The notes beneath the pieces are model-generated. The model was not told the origin of the DNA. It ran no database searches and worked only from the letters and a program-made list of their open reading frames with translations. The position numbers were made by a program, and so were the translations under genes. Positions 12,671-20,431 of a stretch of DNA of 43,135 nucleotides are shown here, in pieces (the stretch's first letter is position 1; each line of letters opens with the position of its first letter). This DNA comes from a virus, in the IMG/VR virus record IMGVR_UViG_3300045988_012292, positions 1-43,135 of that record. One strand, given 5' to 3'.

Positions 12671-12690
12671 GGGGCGGCTATTGCCGCCCC
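12671..12690 (-). other. Intra-operon GC hairpin
   Basis: ggggcggc-tatt-gccgcccc lies between cargo genes 1 and 2. There is no convincing U-tract. Confidence 0.3.
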
Positions 12691-12696
12691 TTTGGC

Positions 12697-13269
12697 TTAC
12701 TTTTTGCAGCAGCTCCCACACTGCGGGAGCGGATTGTAGAGCGTCTGCGCCGTGGTGCCGGTGCCGGTGGTGATGTCGGCAACCATTTTGGGATAAAAGG
12801 TCGCGTTCGCGTAGGTCACGATGCTGTTGTCGCCGCAGCAGCGCCGCTCGGCTTCCATCTCGATCTCGCGGTGCAGCTCGGACTTGACCGAAGCGATGTC
12901 CTGCCGGGCAAGGACGAAGCTGTCCTCGGTGCGCTGGTTATGCACGGCCTGATCGCAGATCGACTTACGGATGTCCTTGAGCTGTCCGTCAAGGTAGGCG
13001 TACATCTCCAGCGACTTCTGGTCGTTGTAGGTGTTGGCCTTCAGGAGCGCGATCTCGCTGTCCTTCGCGGCCAGCTGCTGCTCCCGGTCGAGCTCATAGC
13101 GCGTGACCGGCGTGTTCTCGCTGCACCCCGCAGCCACCGCAGCCGCAGCCGGATTTACACCCCAGCCGCCGCCGAGCAGATTGCCCAGCAGTCCAAGACC
13201 GACGCCCGCCGTGCCGATGATGCCCGTGGTCAGAGCCGCATTTGCCTTGCCGTTGCTTGCGTATTCCAT
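12697..13269 (-). CDS. Hypothetical accessory protein (cargo operon gene 1): Gly-rich hydrophobic N-terminus, coiled coil, Cys-rich tail
   Basis: Start MEYASNGK with SD GGAGGG 7 nt upstream. Contains GIIGTAGVGLGLLGNLLGGGWG, a coiled middle, and ends PLPQCGSCCKK. Confidence 0.7.
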   Translation of the reverse strand: MEYASNGKANAALTTGIIGTAGVGLGLLGNLLGGGWGVNPAAAAVAAGCSENTPVTRYELDREQQLAAKDSEIALLKANTYNDQKSLEMYAYLDGQLKDIRKSICDQAVHNQRTEDSFVLARQDIASVKSELHREIEMEAERRCCGDNSIVTYANATFYPKMVADITTGTGTTAQTLYNPLPQCGSCCKK

Positions 13270-13294
13270 AGAGTTTCCCTCCAAAAAATGTAGT

Positions 13295-13308
13295 GAACTG
13301 GCCAGTTC
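13295..13308. promoter_or_regulatory. Perfect 14-bp palindrome GAACTGGCCAGTTC (candidate operator)
   Basis: Lies in the divergent AT-rich region between the cargo operon and the TA operon. It shares the GAACT/AGTTC half-site with 13401..13413. Confidence 0.3.
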
Positions 13309-13400
13309 CTACGATTAGTATGAGGGATTTTGAAATTCCGTGGGACGCACGAATGACGCATTTGTGTCGCATTTCTGACGCAAATAGAAAAAGTCCATGC

Positions 13401-13413
13401 AGTTCAGTGAACT
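13401..13413. promoter_or_regulatory. Palindrome AGTTCAgTGAACT (candidate operator)
   Basis: Core of a 25-bp imperfect palindrome, 13395-13419. The half-site is related to 13295..13308. Confidence 0.3.
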
Positions 13414-13464
13414 ACATGGGCAAAATAGCCTTTTCAAAATAATCATTTTTGTCGAGTTTTTATA

Positions 13465-13493
13465 TTTACATTTCGCGACTTTTTGCATATACT
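13465..13493 (+). promoter_or_regulatory. Sigma70-type promoter (TTTACA-17-TATACT) for the TA operon
   Basis: Read directly, 26 nt upstream of the GTG 13519. Confidence 0.6.
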
Positions 13494-13518
13494 TGTTATG
13501 AAGAAAGGAGGTGCCAAT

Positions 13519-14010
13519 GTGGACAAGATTATCAATGTCGCCGCATATATCGTAAATAAGTACCGCGAAATCACAGGAGAATCGCTGGACGAAATGAAAC
13601 TGCACAAACTGCTATATTTCACTCAGCGCGAATCCATCGCAATTACAGGTAGCCCTGCAATCGATGGTGTGTTCGAAGGATGGAAGTATGGCCCGGTTTG
13701 CCGAGAAGTTCGCGATGCGTTTTATAACGGAGAAATCATCGTGCGAACGGATGATATTTCAGATACGCTGCAATATATCGCAAATAATGTCATTTATGAA
13801 TACGGCGCGCTTGAAACGTGGAAACTGAGTGAACTGTCCCATAAAGACATCTCGTGGAAAAATGCACGGAGGGGCTTGCTCCCACATGAAATCGGAACCG
13901 TTCCGCTTTCAAATGAAGATATTAAAGCCGATGCAGCCAAGCTCCGCCCATACGATCACGTGTGGGACATGTACTACGACGAATTTGAAACTGAGGGGGC
14001 CGTGTCTTGA
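13519..14010 (+). CDS. DUF4065/Panacea-domain (SocA-like) antitoxin
   Basis: GTG start 7 nt after AGGAGG. KLHKLLYFTQRESIAITGSPAIDGVFEGWKYGPVCREVRDAF matches the DUF4065 core. Low-GC island. Confidence 0.75.
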   Translation: MDKIINVAAYIVNKYREITGESLDEMKLHKLLYFTQRESIAITGSPAIDGVFEGWKYGPVCREVRDAFYNGEIIVRTDDISDTLQYIANNVIYEYGALETWKLSELSHKDISWKNARRGLLPHEIGTVPLSNEDIKADAAKLRPYDHVWDMYYDEFETEGAVS

Positions 14011-14384
14011 TCTCCATCGGTGAAATTCGAAAAACATTCACTCCATACTACGATAAGGTTTTGAAAAAACAATCTATCAAGTCACGCCCAGCCTTGATCG
14101 TAGGAATGGCAGATTCGAGTGACTATGTTGTACTTCCCGTGTCTAGAGTATCCATCCAATCTAACCGCGATGCAGACTATGACATTGAGGTAGATCCAGC
14201 GCAATATCCATTGCTTTGCCTTAATTCCGTGTCTTATATTCGCACGCACAAGCAAACCGTTATTCACGCGGCCGAAATCGGAGATGCCATCAGCGATTTG
14301 CGTAACTCCTACGAAGGTTTGTATTTAACTGTCATCGAAAAAAGAGATACGTTCAACCGTATTTTAACAGACAGAGCACTTTGA
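14007..14384 (+). CDS. Putative toxin, PemK/MazF-like small beta-barrel pattern
   Basis: TTG start overlapping the antitoxin TGA (TTGA) with GAGGGGG upstream. GEIRKTFTPY..KSRPALIVGMADSSDYVVLPVS..VSYIRTHKQTVIH resembles the MazF/PemK layout. Confidence 0.5.
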   Translation: MISIGEIRKTFTPYYDKVLKKQSIKSRPALIVGMADSSDYVVLPVSRVSIQSNRDADYDIEVDPAQYPLLCLNSVSYIRTHKQTVIHAAEIGDAISDLRNSYEGLYLTVIEKRDTFNRILTDRAL

Positions 14385-14545
14385 TTTCATTGACAACCTT
14401 TATGAACAGCTTCTCCGAGCAGGCTCCTTGCTGATTTAAGGCTTGCCAGCACTGAGAAGTTCATCACGTCCTGCCTTTCTCGAAGGTCTGCGCTTATGCG
14501 TGGAGTATTGATGTAGAGAAGGTGGGACGTTTTTCTGCATAAAAG

Positions 14546-14586
14546 CACCCCCGACAGGATCACTCCTGCCGGGGCGTTTGTTTTGC
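14546..14586. terminator. Bidirectional rho-independent terminator
   Basis: cccccgacagga / cctgccgggg stem with tttgtttt downstream (+) and a U-rich run on the other strand. It separates the TA operon from the end of the minus-strand late series. Confidence 0.6.
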
Positions 14587-14603
14587 TCAATATCTAGTGT
14601 GCA

Positions 14604-14873
14604 TCATTCAGTTTTTATCATTTGCAGCTTTGCAGCCGTGTGCCGCGCTCGTGCGTAGATCTGCGGCAGTCTGCGTGTGATCGTGCTCCGCGCCATGTCC
14701 AGCTCCACCGCAACATCAATCTGCGGTGTTTTATCCATGACATAGCGCCGGACGATCTCCGCGTCCTGCTCACTGTAGCCTGCCTGAGATATGATCTGCT
14801 CCCACTCGCCTTGCAGCAGGCCGGTCAAGTCATCCGGAATCCGCACCCTCGCGCTGATCGTCACCACCTCCAA
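14604..14873 (-). CDS. Sigma-70 region-4-like HTH protein (candidate phage late-transcription regulator)
   Basis: YSEQDAEIVRRYVMDKTPQIDVAVELDMARSTITRRLPQIY resembles sigma region 4 / ArpU-RinA-type regulators. 89 aa. Confidence 0.5.
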   Translation of the reverse strand: MEVVTISARVRIPDDLTGLLQGEWEQIISQAGYSEQDAEIVRRYVMDKTPQIDVAVELDMARSTITRRLPQIYARARHTAAKLQMIKTE

Positions 14874-14898
14874 TCCGGGTGGCGCGGCACACGGGGCG

Positions 14899-15600
14899 TT
14901 ACTGCTTATGATTCAGGATGGCGATGTTGCCCTTGTTCGACACCTCGAGATCCAGCGCCTTTGCGATGTCCCGAATTTTAATATAATTCGTGCCGTCCTT
15001 CAAGATGCGCTCGACCTCAATCTCTTTGCCGTCGACGATCATCTTCGATTTCGTGACCACCTCGTCCACCTCCTCCAAGAGTTTCTTAAAATCGGCCCAT
15101 TTCTTTTCGTCCACCAGCGGCAGGGGGCACAGCTTCATTGAGATGTCGTAGTGCCGCACCACGGCCTGCACGTTCGGCAGCTGCTTCAGCAGCATCTGAT
15201 AGAGCCGCGCAGCGTTGCGCATCGTCGCTTCCGGAATGTAATACTTACCGGATGCGTCCGTGTGGCTCACCATCTCGATACTGACGGTGTTGTAGTTGCC
15301 GTATACCTTGCCGTATTTGCCGCTCCTGCCGTCGCCCACGGCCCACGCAACCACATCCAGCGGCACACACTGGTAAACGGTGTCGCCCTCGTCTACCACG
15401 AAATGTGCCGACGCAGCGCGTCCCTCGGAGCCGTTCGCGAAATACCGGGCGTTCCCGATCGCCGTCGCGTGCAGGCCGGTATTGGCCGTGTAGTGGAACA
15501 CGATTGCCCGGATAGCCGAGAGCGGACGCTTTCCGCCCACTCTCGTTGCCCTTATGGTATCGTTAATTTTCAGTGCCATTTGCGCCTCCATAAAGCTCAT
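14899..15600 (-). CDS. Endolysin: N-acetylmuramoyl-L-alanine amidase (amidase_2/PGRP-type) with a C-terminal wall-binding-like domain
   Basis: IVFHYTAN..ASAHFVVDEG..SIEMVSH..VVRHYDISMKLCP is the amidase_2 pattern. The C-terminal DGKEIEVERILKDGTNYIKIRDIAKALDLEV is a Cu-amine-oxidase-N-like repeat. An alternative start is at 15579. Confidence 0.85.
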   Translation of the reverse strand: MSFMEAQMALKINDTIRATRVGGKRPLSAIRAIVFHYTANTGLHATAIGNARYFANGSEGRAASAHFVVDEGDTVYQCVPLDVVAWAVGDGRSGKYGKVYGNYNTVSIEMVSHTDASGKYYIPEATMRNAARLYQMLLKQLPNVQAVVRHYDISMKLCPLPLVDEKKWADFKKLLEEVDEVVTKSKMIVDGKEIEVERILKDGTNYIKIRDIAKALDLEVSNKGNIAILNHKQ

Positions 15601-15880
15601 GGTGGAGCGACAGCACCGCAGATTCGATCATCTTGTCCACGGTATCAGAATCAAATTTGATGCCTCTCTCGGCGAGGTAGTGCAGCACATACGCCTTTTT
15701 CTCGGCGCCCTCGTTGGCATTGTAAAGCTGCTCCGCCGCCTTGACCGCGATCTCCACATACGCCTGCCACTTTTTGAGCTTGTCCGCGCCGACGCGCTCC
15801 TTGATCCACGGGATCAAGAACGCCGATACCAGCGCCGAGATCAGCGCGATCACTGCCGAAATGATTTCTGTGTAGTCCAT
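15563..15880 (-). CDS. Holin (LL-H-type family)
   Basis: Start MDYTEIISAVIALISALVSAFLIPWI (TM), then VEIAVKAAEQLY..GAEKKAYVLHYL..IESAV, typical of LL-H holins. SD GAAGGGAG. Lies directly upstream of the endolysin. Confidence 0.75.
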   Translation of the reverse strand: MDYTEIISAVIALISALVSAFLIPWIKERVGADKLKKWQAYVEIAVKAAEQLYNANEGAEKKAYVLHYLAERGIKFDSDTVDKMIESAVLSLHHELYGGANGTEN

Positions 15881-15881
15881 A

Positions 15882-16133
15882 TTATGTACTCCCTTCGTCG
15901 TCCGATTTTTTTGCAAATACTCTCTTTGCAAGGAGCATCAGCAGCTCCCCGCCAAACGCCGCTCCGGCGTAGGTCAGGATGTCGGAAAGGTCTATGTCCC
16001 TGTCCATCACCAGTGCTGCGGTTTTGACCATCGCCGCCCAGAGCAGGACGCCAAACAGCACCCAGATGCAGAAATACACCAGCTGCCGTGCCATCTTCCC
16101 CTTCGTCAGGCGGCTCTTTCTAATTTGCCTCAT
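15882..16133 (-). CDS. Membrane protein of the lysis cassette
   Basis: Start MRQIRKSRLTKGKMARQLVYFCIWVLFGVLLWAAMV. Two hydrophobic segments. It overlaps the upstream stop. Confidence 0.6.
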   Translation of the reverse strand: MRQIRKSRLTKGKMARQLVYFCIWVLFGVLLWAAMVKTAALVMDRDIDLSDILTYAGAAFGGELLMLLAKRVFAKKSDDEGST

Positions 16134-16458
16134 GCCGTCCGGCCTCGCACTGCTCTTCGAGCTTATGGAGCGCCTTTTTGACATCCCCATTGCCACCGCG
16201 ATTGACGTACTTCTTCCCGGCGATCAGCCGCTCCGACATGGGCATCTCGTCCGACATGATCGTGAGGCGCAGAATGCTTAAATACTGCTCATCCTGCAAT
16301 CTCGTGATCTTGTCAATCTTCTCGTCGATGGCCTTCAGGTGCGCGCTCTGCGCGTCGCCCTTGCCTTTCTTCTTCTGGATCGCGCTGACGATTGCCTGGA
16401 CGATGGTCGTCAGCGCAGACGAGCCGAGGATCGCTACAATGATCGTGGTTGCATCCAT
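16120..16458 (-). CDS. N-terminally anchored membrane protein of the lysis cassette
   Basis: Start MDATTIIVAILGSSALTTIVQAIV with SD AAAGGAGAAAGAG. 112 aa. Confidence 0.6.
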   Translation of the reverse strand: MDATTIIVAILGSSALTTIVQAIVSAIQKKKGKGDAQSAHLKAIDEKIDKITRLQDEQYLSILRLTIMSDEMPMSERLIAGKKYVNRGGNGDVKKALHKLEEQCEAGRHEAN

Positions 16459-16471
16459 TTCTCTTTCTCCT

Positions 16472-16927
16472 TTATACTTCGGTAAAATACAGCCCCACCA
16501 GCTCATGAGGCAGGAACTGAAGCGTCACCTTGCCGCCCGGCTGCTCGCCCGTCCGTTCGCAGCGGTAGAGCTTGCCGTCTTCCGGATCGGTGTAATACAG
16601 GCCGTAGGTGTACTCCATGCCTTTTGCGGCTGGAATGGGGTCCTCCTGTGTGCCTGTGTGCTCCTCGTCGATAACCGTAAACATCGCCGGTGTCTTGTCC
16701 GGCTCCCAACCTTCCTGCGTCGTGTGCGCCTGTCCTTCGTTGACGCGGAACAGCCTGTCCGTGCCATTGACCGGGAACACAAGTCGGTCGCCCGCTTTGA
16801 TAACCAGACCAGGTTCCCAGCGTCGGTAAAGCTCCATTGCCTTTAGCGCGTCTGCATCCGTCAGACTGGCTGAAGCCTTGACGATATAGGGGCGCAATGC
16901 TCTTGCCCTTTCTGTATATGTCATCAT
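16472..16927 (-). CDS. Hypothetical protein with CBM5/12-like carbohydrate-binding pattern
   Basis: YRRWEPGLVIKAGDRLVFPVNGTDRLFRVNEGQAHTTQEGWEPDKTPAMF resembles the W..Y..GD.V...G.LY.C.Q.HTSQ..W.P pattern. ATGA overlap upstream. Confidence 0.55.
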   Translation of the reverse strand: MMTYTERARALRPYIVKASASLTDADALKAMELYRRWEPGLVIKAGDRLVFPVNGTDRLFRVNEGQAHTTQEGWEPDKTPAMFTVIDEEHTGTQEDPIPAAKGMEYTYGLYYTDPEDGKLYRCERTGEQPGGKVTLQFLPHELVGLYFTEV

Positions 16928-17235
16928 TCCGCCTCCCCAAGTAAAATTTTCGCCGCTGTCTCTGCATCCGTCAGCGGGATCGCCGCACCCATTTCCTCAT
17001 AGCTGCCCTCTGGTTCTGTACCTTTCAGCAGCTTGCCCGCAAGCCGGAACACCGTGTCAGACAGTGCCTGATACTCCTTCCCGTCCTCGTCGGTCAGCGT
17101 CACGGCCATCTTCGCACAAAAGCCCTCGGCCTCCGCTTCCTCGCACGGTACATAGCATCCGTTGCCGTGCAGTCGGATCAATACGATGCTGTCCGCATAC
17201 CCGGCAAACGCACCCTCTTTTTTTACTGCATACAT
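16924..17235 (-). CDS. Hypothetical late protein
   Basis: Start taken at MYAVKKEGAFAGY (ATG 17233-17235), overlapping the upstream stop. Confidence 0.55.
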   Translation of the reverse strand: MYAVKKEGAFAGYADSIVLIRLHGNGCYVPCEEAEAEGFCAKMAVTLTDEDGKEYQALSDTVFRLAGKLLKGTEPEGSYEEMGAAIPLTDAETAAKILLGEAE

Positions 17236-17591
17236 GATGCCCCTCCAAATTTCTCTTGATAGATTTTCTCCAATCGCTCTGTACTGGCCGTCCGTAACCG
17301 ATTCTTCCAATAGCCGTTTTCCTGTTCCGGCCACAGCTCATCTACAAAATCCTCTCCGCAGCCGTGTTTCATGTACCAGCGATAGAGCTTTTCTAGCATA
17401 TCCTGCCGGTATTTTCCCTCATCGGTCAGTGGTCGAAAATGATTCCAACCGTTTTCACTCGTCACGCAGCAGATCGGCCTTTCGTCGAGATAGAGGAACC
17501 CGCCTCGTTCCTGTAAGACTGTTCCGAATGGGATGTTGACTTCGCCGGAAATAGATTTGCCCTTGAAACGTTTGTATGTGATGTAGTCCAT
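17223..17591 (-). CDS. Hypothetical late protein
   Basis: 122-aa ORF in series after the fibre genes. Confidence 0.65.
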   Translation of the reverse strand: MDYITYKRFKGKSISGEVNIPFGTVLQERGGFLYLDERPICCVTSENGWNHFRPLTDEGKYRQDMLEKLYRWYMKHGCGEDFVDELWPEQENGYWKNRLRTASTERLEKIYQEKFGGASCMQ

Positions 17592-17600
17592 ATCCGTACC

Positions 17601-18761
17601 TCATACGCAAAAGCCGGGCGCGAAGCCGAGGGAAGTGTACGCGAGGTAGTTGTCGACTGCGCCGTTGGCGCTCACACTCGCGAAACCGTTGGAGGAGCTC
17701 GCAAGCGGGGAACGGAGCCACCAAATAGCGGCGGTACTCGTGCCGTTGTGCTTGTACTTGATTTTGCTATTCCCGGCGGAATAATAGGTGTACTGCGCTT
17801 GTTTGTTCTTCTCGTTCGTGTTTCCGTAGGAAATGCTACCGAAAACCTCGAACTCCGAGAGGAGGAAAAAGTAATCCGTCGTCGCTGTGATGTAGCTCGC
17901 CGTCGAGCCGCCGCCGTTTGCCGTATTGTCCGTGTACTTGGTAACGGACTTGAGGGTGGCACGGAGCGCTTCCGGAATGGCTGCGATAATCGTCCCGGCG
18001 GCGCTCGATAGGCTCGTCCCGCAAATGTTTGTACGCATTTGCGAGTTCGCCCATCCGCCGGAGTTCGTGCTGCTCGCGTTCATAGTGAAATAGCCCGCGC
18101 CAGCGGGGGACCATCCAATATCCGGCGCATATTTGCTATCGCATAGGCAAACGTCTGTACCGCCGGAGAGCGCGGTCTTTGCAAGCTGAAAATGGATGCG
18201 GTTTGCGCCCTCGACGCTCGCGTTATGGTTAAACCCGATAATGAAAGCGTAGGTCGTGACATTCGAGAGCGAGAGCTTTCCGACCGTGCCGTTAAGCGTG
18301 ATTTCCTTGCGGTCGCCGATGCTCCAATAGTTCGCGCCCTCACCCTTGTCGGATATTTTTTTGATGGTCGCCCAGTCGTTATCATTCAGCACAGCCGAAA
18401 CAAAAGAGAGCGTAACCGCGTAACGATCCGTAAAAGTGACGCTTTTCGTATCGGACGTTTGCCCGTTGAGCGTAGCCTTTACACTCCATGTACCGGCCTC
18501 CGGCACGGTCAGCGTACACGTTCCATTGACCGATGTACCGCTTACGACCTTGCTTCCTTTTGTCGCGGTAACAGTTGCACCAGATGTCACGGTTACAATG
18601 ATTTGCAGCTCTGTGCCGGTCTGAATGGCCTGAATGGCGGAGATAAAACCGGATGGGAATTGCAGATCGGCACTGGTGTTGCCCTTTGTCCGGATCGCAT
18701 CCGCGACCTGCGTCAGCTTCGAATCCAGCGACGCCGAATCAACGACCTTGTCGTATGCCAT
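17601..18761 (-). CDS. Tail fibre / receptor-binding protein
   Basis: Start MAYDKVVDSASLDSKL is A-overlap coupled to the collagen-like gene stop. It has an Ig-like Thr/Ser/Val-rich middle and a C-terminal ..IWWLRSP..GAVDNYLAYTSLGFAPGFCV typical of Firmicute phage distal fibre domains. Confidence 0.65.
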   Translation of the reverse strand: MAYDKVVDSASLDSKLTQVADAIRTKGNTSADLQFPSGFISAIQAIQTGTELQIIVTVTSGATVTATKGSKVVSGTSVNGTCTLTVPEAGTWSVKATLNGQTSDTKSVTFTDRYAVTLSFVSAVLNDNDWATIKKISDKGEGANYWSIGDRKEITLNGTVGKLSLSNVTTYAFIIGFNHNASVEGANRIHFQLAKTALSGGTDVCLCDSKYAPDIGWSPAGAGYFTMNASSTNSGGWANSQMRTNICGTSLSSAAGTIIAAIPEALRATLKSVTKYTDNTANGGGSTASYITATTDYFFLLSEFEVFGSISYGNTNEKNKQAQYTYYSAGNSKIKYKHNGTSTAAIWWLRSPLASSSNGFASVSANGAVDNYLAYTSLGFAPGFCV

Positions 18762-19948
18762 CAGTACGCACCTCCGCTCCACGTCGGCAGCGCCGCCAGC
18801 ACGTCATTGACCATGCTCGTCTGATCTGCCGCCGTCCAGTAATCCGTCCCCTTCACCGGCGTGTGCCCGGCGGGCCCCTGCGGGCCGGTCTCACCCGGAT
18901 TGCCCTTCGGGCCCTGCGGCCCTGTGCTGCCAGTGTCGCCCTTCTCACCTTGTGGCCCCTGCGGCCCAGTATCGCCGGTCTCGCCCTTGTCTCCGGGATT
19001 ACCCTTGTCACCCTTCGCGCCGCGCGAGGGCTTCGTCGTGTCCGTGCTTCCGAGATACCAGTTCCCATTCGCACCGATCGTCGGGGTTATGCCGTTCGTT
19101 CCGTTAGTGCCGTCCGCGCCCTTCGGCCCGGTCTCGCCCTGCGGGCCTTGCGGGCCGACTGCGCCAGTATCGCCCTTGTCGCCCTTGTCGCCCTTCGCGC
19201 CCTGCAAGGGGCCGTTGTTCACCCACGCATGGGTCACGCCATCGTAGATGTAAATGTCATAAGGCTCCGCCGTGCCGACGCCGTAGGCCATACCAGCCTC
19301 CGGGTTCGCCACCGCAGCGCTCAGTGCCGCAGCGGTCGCGTAGTAGCCGAGCACCTTAAAGCCGGAGCCGGTATCGCCCTTCTCGCCCTTCTCGCCTTGG
19401 ATGCCTTGCAATCCGCGCTCGCCCTGGATGCCCTGTTCGCCCCGAATTCCTTGGATGCCTTGTTCGCCCTGATCTCCCTTGTCGCCCTTGGCTCCGCGTG
19501 ATGGTTTCCCGGTGTCGGTTGTCCCGAGATACCAGTTCCCATTCGCGCCAATCGTCGGCGTCGTGCCGTCCGTGCCGGGGTCTCCCTTGGCTCCTGTGTC
19601 GCCCTTTTCGCCTTTCTCGCCGCGCTCACCTTGCAGTCCTTGCGCTCCCTGCTCTCCTTTTGCGCCGGTCGCGCCGGTGTCGCCTTTGTCGCCTTTGTCC
19701 CCTTTTTCGCCCTTTGCGCCCGTTGCGCCAGTGTCTCCCTTGGCCCCAGTGTCGCCCTTCTCGCCTTTCGCGCCAGTGTCTCCCTTCGGCCCCTGCGGCC
19801 CCATGACGGAACCCATATCCAGCTCTTTTCCGTCCGTCAGCGTAAAGATCAGATGGCCGTCCGCCTCGCGGACTTCAATGCCCTTCACGCCGCGCGAGGT
19901 CTGCCCGCTCAATGTGACCAAAATACTGTTCGGAATTTCAACCTTCAC
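18761..19948 (-). CDS. Collagen-like (Gly-X-Y) repeat tail fibre protein
   Basis: Four long GXY tracts (GPQGPKGDTGAKGEKGDTG...). Contains an internal duplication of TPTIGANGNWYLG(T/S)TDT.KPSRGAKGDKG. Confidence 0.85.
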   Translation of the reverse strand: MKVEIPNSILVTLSGQTSRGVKGIEVREADGHLIFTLTDGKELDMGSVMGPQGPKGDTGAKGEKGDTGAKGDTGATGAKGEKGDKGDKGDTGATGAKGEQGAQGLQGERGEKGEKGDTGAKGDPGTDGTTPTIGANGNWYLGTTDTGKPSRGAKGDKGDQGEQGIQGIRGEQGIQGERGLQGIQGEKGEKGDTGSGFKVLGYYATAAALSAAVANPEAGMAYGVGTAEPYDIYIYDGVTHAWVNNGPLQGAKGDKGDKGDTGAVGPQGPQGETGPKGADGTNGTNGITPTIGANGNWYLGSTDTTKPSRGAKGDKGNPGDKGETGDTGPQGPQGEKGDTGSTGPQGPKGNPGETGPQGPAGHTPVKGTDYWTAADQTSMVNDVLAALPTWSGGAY

Positions 19949-19957
19949 TGTCTCACC

Positions 19958-20314
19958 TCATTCCACCCGGACTTTGTTGTCCCGCGCCAGCGTCGTCCGG
20001 TCTCCGTGCGAAAATTCCACGTCGTAGGTGTATCTGCCCTTCGGGAACTTCGCGCTGATCTCCGCGTCGACCACAAGCGTCACCTGATTGTTCGCGACGT
20101 TCGAAAACGTCTTGCTCCAAACCTCCGCCCGCGTGTCGTCTCGAAACGTGATCTTCACCGTGTCCGTCGCCCCAATGTCCACGGCCGTTCCGTCCTGATC
20201 GACAAGATCCGCCTGAATGACGACGCTGAATGTATCTCCGGCATACCAGCACAGCACGCCGTTCGAGATTCGCGGGCTTGCGTATGCTCCCGGAATTGGA
20301 ATTCCCATTTTCAT
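19958..20314 (-). CDS. Small beta-rich (Ig-like) structural protein, hypothetical
   Basis: 118 aa: ..GDTFSVVIQADLVDQDGTAVDIGATDTVKITFRDD..GRYTYDVEF. The start is ambiguous (20314 or 20308). Confidence 0.6.
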   Translation of the reverse strand: MKMGIPIPGAYASPRISNGVLCWYAGDTFSVVIQADLVDQDGTAVDIGATDTVKITFRDDTRAEVWSKTFSNVANNQVTLVVDAEISAKFPKGRYTYDVEFSHGDRTTLARDNKVRVE

Positions 20315-20370
20315 CAACTCCTTTCCCTCAGTGTAACAGCTCCTACCGGCAGATTCACCCCACGCAGCAC

Positions 20371-20400
20371 TTGACGGCTCCGCCCTCCGCGCGCTATACT
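20371..20400 (+). promoter_or_regulatory. Sigma70-type promoter (TTGACG-18-TATACT)
   Basis: Read directly, 32 nt upstream of the ATG 20432. Confidence 0.6.
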
Positions 20401-20431
20401 GTTCTTATCTCAAACAGGAGGAGAATATTTT

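Noticed and set aside
14387-14590. A 67-aa minus-strand ORF between the toxin gene and the terminator.
   Set aside because: It has no SD, it spans the terminator hairpin, and its sequence is unremarkable. It most likely lies in the 3' UTR of the TA operon.
17601-19948. A possible diversity-generating retroelement targeting the fibre genes (repeated segments in the collagen-like gene).
   Set aside because: No reverse transcriptase gene was recognised and there is no template/variable repeat pair with adenine-specific differences. The repeats are in-gene duplications.
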